A stretch of DNA of 37,922 nt, from the NCBI GenBank assembly GCA_017484235.1, contig JAFUTM010000040.1, positions 1-37,922 of the forward strand. Reading direction: 5' to 3'. A program made the translations under genes and the position numbers. The DNA is from Selenomonadaceae bacterium. Its GTDB lineage: Bacteria; Bacillota; Negativicutes; Selenomonadales; Selenomonadaceae. The number at the start of each line of letters is the position of its first letter. The stretch's first letter is position 1. Positions 7,003 to 14,404 of this stretch are shown here, in pieces. Under the pieces are notes generated by a model that saw only the letters and a program-made list of their open reading frames with translations, did no database searches and was not told the origin of the DNA.

Positions 7003-10000
7003 TCAGCCGAATTTTAATAGAGGAACATTTTGGTTAAGCCTCTCTTTAGCAACGGCAAGCATAAGCTTAATACGGTTGAGCTGATTAACCTCACTGGAAC
7101 CAGCATCACAGTCAATCGCCACAATGTTCGCACCTTCATAATAAGAACGTAACTCGTGCATAACGCCTTTTCCGGTAATGTGATTGGGCAGACAACCAAA
7201 CGGCTGGAGACAAACAACATTGTTAATGCCTTCCTCAATCAGCTTAACCATTTCGCCAGTCAAGAACCAACCTTCACCAGCCATATTGCCGCAACTCACG
7301 TGCCGCGAAGCTAACTTAGCCGTATCCTTAATCGAATAAGGCGCACGGAAATGTTTGCTCTTTTCAAGCGCTTTCTTCATCGGACGACGGAAAAACTCTA
7401 TCAACTGAATAAAAATTTCAGCAAATATCCTGTCCTTACGACTGCCGTCAAGCAGCTTACGCTTGACGACCGCATCATAAGCAGTATATAAGAAGAAGTC
7501 GATAAAATCAGGCATAACCACTTCGGCACCTTCGGCCATTAAAACATTTTCCAGGTGATTGTTCGCGACAGGGTGGTATTTAACTAAAATTTCTCCGACA
7601 ATGCCAACTTTCGGCTTGATAAGCGATTCGTCAATCTCAATGGCATCAAACTGCTTGACGATAGATTTAATATTACGCCTAAAGGACAAGAAGTTGCCGT
7701 TAATTAAATCTTGCTTCGCCACGACCATACACTCATCAAACAGTCTTTGCGTTTCGCCGCGCCGGATTTCATAAGGTGCCATACGGTTTTTAACATTCAT
7801 CAAAAGGTCGCCGTAAACCGCCGCCTTAATCGCGTCCATTAGGCAGTCACGGCTCATTTCAAATTCGTCCGTCTCATCAGGCAGGCCGTAGCAGGCAAAG
7901 ACCGGAACCTGTGGGAAGCCGGCACTTTTAACGGCTTTACGCAGAACGCTGATATAATTAGTTGCACGGCACGCGCCGCACGTCTGGAATAAAATTATAG
8001 ACGTATGCTCAGGGTCACATTCACCAGATTTTAAGGCCGCAATCAACTGACCTATGACGACGATAGCCGGATAGCACATATCATTATTGACGTAGCGAAG
8101 ACCTAAATCAATCGCCGCCTTATCCGGCATCTTCGGTACAACGACTTTATAATTATATTTATTGAGCACAGCCTTTAGTAGGTCAAAGTGAATCGGCGCC
8201 ATTTGTGGTGCCAGAATGGTATGCGTCTTCTTGCAGTCTTGAGTGAATCGCGGACGCTCAATAACTTCAGGTTCGTGATATGCAACTTTTGAACGTCGAT
8301 TTAAAGCGGCAAGCAGTGAACGCAGACGGATACGCGCGGCACCGAGATTAGACACTTCGTCCAGCTTAATCATCGTGTATATGCGCTTATGATTTTCAAG
8401 TATTTCTTTAACCTGGTCCGTCGTCAGCGCGTCCAATCCACAGCCAAAGGAGCTGAGCTGAATCAACGTCAAATTTGGATTCTCACAGGCAAACTGCGCC
8501 GCGTGATATAACCTTGAGTGATAAGACCATTGGTTGACGACGGACAACTTAGGCGACTTGACGGGCAGATGATAAATTGCATCTTCGGATATAATGGGCA
8601 GATTATATGATTGAATCATTTCCGGTATTCCGTGATTAATTTCCGGATCAATGTGATATGGACGGCCAACGAGTAAAATTGCGTGCTCGCCGGTTCTTTT
8701 AATGCGTTCGATGATTTGCTCACCATAATGATTTACGTCCTGGCGATAGTTATCAAGCTCAGCAGCGGCGTGCTCAACTGCGGAGGCAATTTCAGATTTA
8801 GTTATGCCCTCAGATTTAAATTCCTCAGCAAGCCGGTCAATCAGTTTATCTTTATTGTTGACGGGCAGGAAGGGCTGGATAAATTTAATATTCTTTTCGC
8901 GTAAGACGTCCATATTGCCGCGAATATTTTCAGCGTACGAGGCGACAATTGGGCAGTTATAATAATTATCGGAGCGCGTATCAAAATTGTAAGGCTCGCA
9001 CGGATAAAATATTTTAGTAAGGCCGCGCTCGACTAAATCCATAATGTGGCCGTGTGCAAGTTTCGCCGGATAACAGAGCGAGTCACTTGGCACGGTCGCC
9101 ATACCTTTATAATAAAGATTAGCCGTTGACTTGCCGCTGATTATTACGCGGTATTTAAGCTCGGTGAAAAAGGTGAACCAGAATGGATAATCCTCGTAGA
9201 TGTTGAGCGTACGCGGAATACCGATTGTGCCGCGCATTGCAGATTGTTCATCGAGCGGCACATAATCAAAGACGCGCTTATATTTATAAGCGTAAATATT
9301 CGGCACATCACTTTCGGTCGGGCGTTTGCCGCCGACGCCGCGCTCACAGCGGTTGCCGGTATAATACTTGCCGCCGTCAGGGAATTTCTGCATTGTTATC
9401 AGACACTTATTGCCGCAGCCACCACACCTATAGGACTTAGTCTCAACGTTAAATACTTTTAAATCCTCAGCAGATAATACCGTCGACTTTTCATTCCTAA
9501 TTCCTAATTCCTCATTCCTCATTGATAAAATCGCGACGCCATACGCGCCCATAAGTCCGGCAATGTCCGGCCTAATCACTTCACGATTTAACAATTTCTC
9601 AATAGAACGCAGCACCGCATCATTATAAAACGTGCCACCCTGCACGACAATATTTTTGCCCAACGTCTCAACGTCTTTGAGCTGCATAACTTTAAACAGC
9701 GCGTTCTTAATGACTGAAAGTGAAATGCCCGCCGAAATATCACTGACATCGGCACCGTCCTTCTGCGCCTGCTTAACCTTAGAGTTCATAAATACCGTGC
9801 AGCGCGTACCTAAATCAACCGGCGCCTTTGAGGTTAGTGCCTTCTTTGAAAATTCAGCCGCCGTCATATGCAAGCCCTGTGCAAAATTTTCAATAAACGA
9901 GCCACAGCCCGCCGAGCACGCCTCATTTAACGTGATGTTTCCAATCGTTCCGTCATCAACAAAGAAGCATTTCATATCCTGGCCGCCAATGTCCAGGACA

Positions 10001-11274
10001 AAGCTCACCTCTGGACAAAATTCCTGCGCCGCCCTAAGATGAGCAAAGGTCTCGACCTCAGAGCCGTCCGCGTGAAGTGCGGCTTTGACGATAGCTTCAC
10101 CGTAACCGGTTGTAAACACTCCGCCAATTTGCACAGTCGAGGGCATTGCCGCATATAAACTCCGCATTTCGGAAACAACTGTTTTGAGCGGTGAACCTTG
10201 ATTGCTGCCGTAGGAAGTGTAGAGAATTTCCTTATCGCGTCCAATCGCAACGAGCTTAGTCGTCGTGGAGCCGGCGTCAATGCCAACGAAAATTTTGCCG
10301 GCATATTTTGATAAATCACCGCGCTTAACTTTATGGGCGTCGTGACGCTGTTTAAATTTTTCATAATCCGCCGCATCTTCAAATAATACAAAATCGGCCT
10401 GTTTCGTCTCGTTGACTTCAGTCTCGTTTGCCTTGTCGATAGCGGCCTCAAGCCTTGAAACGTCAATTTCCTGTGCTTCGTCAGAGAGAGCCGCGCCCAT
10501 TGCAACGAAATAATTGCCGTCTTCAACTTTAACCACGTGCTCATCATCAAGTTTAAGCGTTTCAATAAACCTGCGCTTCAGCTCAGACAAAAAGTGGAGT
10601 GGTCCGCCCAAAAATGCAACGTTGCCAGTAATAGGTCTGCCCTGTGCCAGATTGCCAATAGTTTGATTTACTACCGCCTGAAAAATGGAGAGAGCAATGT
10701 CGGCTTTCTTGGCACCGTCGTTCATTAGTGCCTGAATATCAGTTTTAGCGAACACGCCGCACCGCGAGGCAATAGTGTAAATCTGTTTGCCTTTCTCCGC
10801 CAATGTATTGAGTCCGGCTGCGTCCGTTGAGAGCAGGCTTGCCATATGGTCGATAAATGAACCTGTGCCGCCCGCGCAGACACCGTTCATACGCTGTTCC
10901 GGTGCCGCGCCAAAGTAAGTTATCTTAGCGTCCTCGCCGCCAAGCTCAACGACCGTATCAGTCTGTGGAATGAACGACTTGACCGCTGTGCTGCAGGCAA
11001 TGACTTCCTGTACAAACGGCAGAGCAAGTTTCTTTGCAATGCCCATACCTGCCGAGCCGGTCAGCGCAAACTTAAAAGTATTTTTGCCAACAAAATCCTT
11101 GAGCGTTGACAGTTCGCTTAAAAGTGCAGTACCAATCTCTGAAAAGTGCCGCGAATAATTTTTACAGACGATTGTTTTGTTAATGGTATTAACTGGATTA
11201 ACCAGGTTACTATTATTATCGTCCAGAACAACGAGCTTGATTGTCGTCGAGCCGATGTCTATTCCGACGTTCAT
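7003..11274 (-). CDS. Fusion of two BcrAD/BadFG-type ATPase (acyl-CoA dehydratase activase-like) modules with a 2-hydroxyacyl-CoA dehydratase-like / DUF2229-type C-terminal region
   Basis: Two copies of the GID.GST..K actin-fold ATPase start (MNVGIDIGSTTIKLVV and FVGIDAGSTTTKLVA). A Cys cluster YRCGGCGNKCLIT is followed by a long dehydratase-component-like region. 1423 aa, GAAGGGTGA RBS. Substrate unknown. Confidence 0.85.
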   Translation of the reverse strand: MNVGIDIGSTTIKLVVLDDNNSNLVNPVNTINKTIVCKNYSRHFSEIGTALLSELSTLKDFVGKNTFKFALTGSAGMGIAKKLALPFVQEVIACSTAVKSFIPQTDTVVELGGEDAKITYFGAAPEQRMNGVCAGGTGSFIDHMASLLSTDAAGLNTLAEKGKQIYTIASRCGVFAKTDIQALMNDGAKKADIALSIFQAVVNQTIGNLAQGRPITGNVAFLGGPLHFLSELKRRFIETLKLDDEHVVKVEDGNYFVAMGAALSDEAQEIDVSRLEAAIDKANETEVNETKQADFVLFEDAADYEKFKQRHDAHKVKRGDLSKYAGKIFVGIDAGSTTTKLVAIGRDKEILYTSYGSNQGSPLKTVVSEMRSLYAAMPSTVQIGGVFTTGYGEAIVKAALHADGSEVETFAHLRAAQEFCPEVSFVLDIGGQDMKCFFVDDGTIGNITLNEACSAGCGSFIENFAQGLHMTAAEFSKKALTSKAPVDLGTRCTVFMNSKVKQAQKDGADVSDISAGISLSVIKNALFKVMQLKDVETLGKNIVVQGGTFYNDAVLRSIEKLLNREVIRPDIAGLMGAYGVAILSMRNEELGIRNEKSTVLSAEDLKVFNVETKSYRCGGCGNKCLITMQKFPDGGKYYTGNRCERGVGGKRPTESDVPNIYAYKYKRVFDYVPLDEQSAMRGTIGIPRTLNIYEDYPFWFTFFTELKYRVIISGKSTANLYYKGMATVPSDSLCYPAKLAHGHIMDLVERGLTKIFYPCEPYNFDTRSDNYYNCPIVASYAENIRGNMDVLREKNIKFIQPFLPVNNKDKLIDRLAEEFKSEGITKSEIASAVEHAAAELDNYRQDVNHYGEQIIERIKRTGEHAILLVGRPYHIDPEINHGIPEMIQSYNLPIISEDAIYHLPVKSPKLSVVNQWSYHSRLYHAAQFACENPNLTLIQLSSFGCGLDALTTDQVKEILENHKRIYTMIKLDEVSNLGAARIRLRSLLAALNRRSKVAYHEPEVIERPRFTQDCKKTHTILAPQMAPIHFDLLKAVLNKYNYKVVVPKMPDKAAIDLGLRYVNNDMCYPAIVVIGQLIAALKSGECDPEHTSIILFQTCGACRATNYISVLRKAVKSAGFPQVPVFACYGLPDETDEFEMSRDCLMDAIKAAVYGDLLMNVKNRMAPYEIRRGETQRLFDECMVVAKQDLINGNFLSFRRNIKSIVKQFDAIEIDESLIKPKVGIVGEILVKYHPVANNHLENVLMAEGAEVVMPDFIDFFLYTAYDAVVKRKLLDGSRKDRIFAEIFIQLIEFFRRPMKKALEKSKHFRAPYSIKDTAKLASRHVSCGNMAGEGWFLTGEMVKLIEEGINNVVCLQPFGCLPNHITGKGVMHELRSYYEGANIVAIDCDAGSSEVNQLNRIKLMLAVAKERLNQNVPLLKFG
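9493..9527. repeat. Heptamer-period array 4, in frame inside the 1423-aa CDS
   Basis: attccta attccta attcctc attcctc attgata. On the coding strand it reads tca atg agg aat gag gaa tta gga att agg aat gaa, giving SMRNEELGIRNE, at the junction between the second ATPase module and the Cys cluster. Confidence 0.85.
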
Positions 11275-11293
11275 AATTAAATCACCCTTCGTT

Positions 11294-11454
11294 AATTAGG
11301 AATGTCGAATGAGGAATGAGGAATTAAATAATTGGTAATGCGTAATGCGAAATGCGTAATTGAAAATGCTCAATGCGCAATCCGTAATCGTAATTCATCA
11401 TTCCTAATTCGTCATTCATCATTAAATTAATTTTCTCATTCATAATTCATAAAT
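11294..11454. repeat. Heptamer-period array 5 (longest, about 22 units, many variants)
   Basis: aattagg aatgtcg aatgagg aatgagg aattaaa taattgg taatgcg taatgcg aaatgcg taattga aaatgct caatgcg caatccg ... tcattcc taattcg tcattca. Lies in the divergent promoter region between the 1423-aa gene and the decarboxylase gamma gene. Confidence 0.85.
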
Positions 11455-11642
11455 GATATTTTACCACGTTTTTTGTCAATAAGCAAAACTTTTTAAATTA
11501 AAAATCATCATTTAAATTTTCAATCATTAATAAATATAATTAAACATAATGATTGCAATAAAAATAAAGTATTTCCTTTTTAAGAAGTGCAAGACTATAA
11601 TATATAGTATTGTTTTTTTTAATTATACGAGGTGATTTATTA

Positions 11643-11993
11643 ATGGGACATCCAGTAACAACGAATCCGATTATAATAATGCTCATAAATATGACGGTTG
11701 TATTTATCGTCTTAGTTTCGTTGAGCTATTTAATTCGATTGATTCATTATGTTGATCCGACTGCAAAGAAGGAAGAAAAGAAAACAGAAGCTCCAGCCGT
11801 CGCTTCTCCGCCGCCAGCTCCTGTAGCTGCTCCGGCTCCGGTCATTGACGAAGGCATACCAGAGGAGACGATTGCAGTTATATTTGCGGCAATCGCCAGT
11901 TACGGCTATTCGGCCAGCAGTATTCACGCGATACATCCAGTTTATAATAGGACTTGGGAACATTCCGGTCGTTATGGGCATCAAAATTATTGA
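11643..11993 (+). CDS. OadG-like small subunit of a Na+-translocating decarboxylase (gamma/delta subunit)
   Basis: N-terminal TM helix, an Ala/Pro-rich linker (APAVASPPPAPVAAPAPV) and the motif EE..AVI.AAI. It sits directly upstream of the beta subunit. The ATG at 11643 follows GAGGTGA. Confidence 0.75.
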   Translation: MGHPVTTNPIIIMLINMTVVFIVLVSLSYLIRLIHYVDPTAKKEEKKTEAPAVASPPPAPVAAPAPVIDEGIPEETIAVIFAAIASYGYSASSIHAIHPVYNRTWEHSGRYGHQNY

Positions 11994-12030
11994 AATGGTC
12001 AATCATCTGCTAAGAATTGAGGTTTAATTT

Positions 12031-13161
12031 ATGGAACTGTTAAATGCATTTGTGGTATCGCTGCAATCCGTGTGGTATGACAGTGGATTTTCGGCGTTTA
12101 CAATGGGTCACGGCATAATGATTGCCGTTGGACTTCTATTATTATATATGGCCTTTGTCAAAGAGTTTGAACCGCTCCTGCTCGGACCAATCGCGTTTGG
12201 CTGCATCTTGGCAAATTTTCCGCGCACGGGCTTCTTTGATGAAATGGGCTTAATGCTTGCAATTAATTACGGAATAACTAACGAAATCTTTCCACCGTTA
12301 ATCTTTTTAGGAATCGGTGCAATGACCGACTTTAGCCCGCTGCTGGCTCGTCCGTCAACTTTATTGCTGGGCGCAGCGGCGCAGATCGGTGTATTTGTTG
12401 CTCTTGCCGGTGCAATGATTGTCGGCTTTGACGTAAAGGAAGCTGCGGCAATTGGTATAATCGGCGGCGCGGACGGTCCTACGTCGATTTATCTGTCAAT
12501 GAAATTGGCACCTCATCTTTTAGGCGCGATCGCCGTTGCGGCTTATTCTTATATGTCACTCGTGCCACTTATTCAGCCGCCAATTATGAAACTTTTGACG
12601 ACTAAAGAAGAGCGTGAAATCGTAATGACCGAACTCAGACCGGTAACTAAGTTTGAGCGCGTAATGTTCCCAATCGTTGCAACGATCTTCATCAGTTTAT
12701 TACTTCCGCCAATTGCGGCCTTGCTCGGCTGCTTAATGCTCGGCAATCTGTTCCGTGAATCCGGTGTCACTGACAGATTATCTGACACGGCTCAAAATTC
12801 ACTTTGTAATATAGTAACGATCTTCCTTGCGACCGGTACTGGTATGACGATGAGTGCTGAAAGTTTCTTGAGAGCGGACACAATTTTAATCATCTGCTTA
12901 GGTCTGGTTGCATTTATGGGCGGCACCGCTGGCGGCCTTATTTTTGGTAAGATTATGTGCAGAATGACCGGCGGCAAAGTCAATCCGCTTATCGGTTCAG
13001 CCGGCGTTTCTGCCGTTCCAATGGCAGCGCGTGTCAGTCAGGTTGTCGGCAGTCAGGCTAAACCAGGCAACTATTTGTTAATGCACGCAATGGGTCCAAA
13101 TGTCGCTGGCGTTATCGGTACGGCAGTTGCAGCTGGCACTATGCTTGCAATGCTCAAGTAA
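12031..13161 (+). CDS. Na+-translocating decarboxylase beta subunit (OadB/GcdB/MmdB family)
   Basis: 376-aa polytopic membrane protein with family motifs EP.LL.PI.FG, IGAMTDF.PLL, GGADGPT.IY and GSAGVSAVPM.AR. Confidence 0.92.
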   Translation: MELLNAFVVSLQSVWYDSGFSAFTMGHGIMIAVGLLLLYMAFVKEFEPLLLGPIAFGCILANFPRTGFFDEMGLMLAINYGITNEIFPPLIFLGIGAMTDFSPLLARPSTLLLGAAAQIGVFVALAGAMIVGFDVKEAAAIGIIGGADGPTSIYLSMKLAPHLLGAIAVAAYSYMSLVPLIQPPIMKLLTTKEEREIVMTELRPVTKFERVMFPIVATIFISLLLPPIAALLGCLMLGNLFRESGVTDRLSDTAQNSLCNIVTIFLATGTGMTMSAESFLRADTILIICLGLVAFMGGTAGGLIFGKIMCRMTGGKVNPLIGSAGVSAVPMAARVSQVVGSQAKPGNYLLMHAMGPNVAGVIGTAVAAGTMLAMLK

Positions 13162-13241
13162 TATATATTTAAAAACATTTTGGTTTTTCAGGGTGGGCGG
13201 ATGGGAAAAATCAAAATTTTTATATTTTTGTCAATTTATAC

Positions 13242-13270
13242 TTGACAAGGCAGATATTATATCGTATAAT
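13242..13270 (+). promoter_or_regulatory. Consensus sigma-70 promoter for tRNA-Pro
   Basis: TTGACA (13242-13247), a 17-nt spacer, then TATAAT (13265-13270), ending 11 nt upstream of the tRNA 5' end. Confidence 0.8.
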
Positions 13271-13281
13271 ACTAATGTTTT

Positions 13282-13358
13282 CGGGGCATAGCGCAGTTTG
13301 GTAGCGCACTTCGCTTGGGACGAAGGGGTCGAGTGTTCAAATCACTCTGCTCCGACCA
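13282..13358 (+). tRNA. tRNA-Pro (anticodon UGG)
   Basis: Hand-folded cloverleaf. Acceptor cggggca/tgctccg, D arm gcgc...gcgc, anticodon stem cttcg/cgaag with loop cTTGGga, T arm gagtg-ttcaaat-cactc, encoded CCA. 77 nt. Confidence 0.93.
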
Positions 13359-13395
13359 TTTTTTTTTATGAGGGTATTTTTTAAGAGGTCAAAAA

Positions 13396-14226
13396 ATGAA
13401 TCAAAAACGAATTGCTTTAATTAACGATATTACAGGATTTGGGCGCTGCTCCATTACAGTAGAGCTGCCAATTATCTCTGCATTAAAAATTCAGGCCTGC
13501 CCATTGCCAACGGCAATTTTATCAGTGCATACTGGATTTGAAAGTTATTTTTTAGATGACTATACTGATAATATGCAGTTGTACATTGACAGTTGGAATG
13601 TGAATCATCTAAATTTTGATGGTATTGCAACTGGATTTTTAGGCTCTGAAACTCAGATTGAAATCGTTAATAAATTCATTGAAGCAAACCAAGAATCTTT
13701 CGTGATGATTGATCCGGTTATGGGCGATCACGGAAGATTATATGCCTCTTATAATAAACAAATGTGTAGAAAAATGCGTGAACTTTTGATATATGCAGAC
13801 CTCGTGACGCCTAATTTGACTGAGGCCTGTGAACTCTTAGGCGTTGCTTATCCAAGTAATGGCAAGCTGTCCGACTCCAAACTTGCGACTATGGCAGCTA
13901 ACATTGCCTCCAAAACGCGCGGCCACAAGGTCGTGATAACTGGTGTTACGCTTGATACGGACGATGGAAGCAACATTACAAATTTTGTATTTGACAATGG
14001 AAATATAAATCTTATAACGGCAAAGAAGCTTGGTTTTGACCGGTCTGGTACTGGCGATGTTTTCTTTGCTGTGCTTGCCGGTTCCATAATCAATGGTGAA
14101 AGTATCATTAATTCCACTAAAAAAGCAGCGGACTTTGTCACTCGCTGCATTGAATATGCTGAAAAATTAAATTTATCGTGGAATTACGGCTTACCTTTTG
14201 AAGAGTTTTTAGTTGATTTAAAATAA
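13396..14226 (+). CDS. pdxK: Pyridoxal/pyridoxamine kinase (PdxK/PdxY ribokinase-like family)
   Basis: Motifs I.D..G.G.CS......P...A......CP.PTA.LS.HTG, GFLGS, DPVMGD.G.LY, TPNLTE and SGTGD.F. 276 aa, AAGAGG RBS. Confidence 0.85.
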   Translation: MNQKRIALINDITGFGRCSITVELPIISALKIQACPLPTAILSVHTGFESYFLDDYTDNMQLYIDSWNVNHLNFDGIATGFLGSETQIEIVNKFIEANQESFVMIDPVMGDHGRLYASYNKQMCRKMRELLIYADLVTPNLTEACELLGVAYPSNGKLSDSKLATMAANIASKTRGHKVVITGVTLDTDDGSNITNFVFDNGNINLITAKKLGFDRSGTGDVFFAVLAGSIINGESIINSTKKAADFVTRCIEYAEKLNLSWNYGLPFEEFLVDLK

Positions 14227-14245
14227 TAAATTTTTTATTAATTTT

Positions 14246-14268
14246 GCGCCCTGAAGGCGCATTTTTTG
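14246..14268 (+). terminator. Rho-independent terminator after pdxK
   Basis: Stem tgcgcc/ggcgca, loop ctgaa, then TTTTTT. Confidence 0.75.
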
Positions 14269-14278
14269 TAACTTCACT

Positions 14279-14307
14279 TGACAATAGTATGCATTTTGTT
14301 TAATAAT
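14279..14307 (+). promoter_or_regulatory. Putative sigma-70 promoter for the GGDEF-EAL gene
   Basis: TTGACA at 14279-14284, a 17-nt spacer, then TAATAA (TAATAT a few nt further). About 100 nt upstream of the ATG at 14405. Confidence 0.4.
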
Positions 14308-14404
14308 ATGTGTGTAAAAATCAAATATTTCTGACTCATAAAATTATTGTAAATTTTTTGATTAGTCTTATATATGGCGGTCAAATTGGCAGGTGATTGA
14401 TATT

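Noticed and set aside
11541-11556. Shared AACATAATGATT 12-mer upstream of the decarboxylase gamma gene (11543-11554) and in the ulaG/porin intergenic region (27091-27102), considered as a possible common operator
   Set aside because: By my rough estimate, a 12-nt identity in 38 kb of AT-rich DNA on both strands is expected many times by chance. The palindrome CAATCATTA-N17-TAATGATTG at 11521-11555 is not reproduced at the second site.
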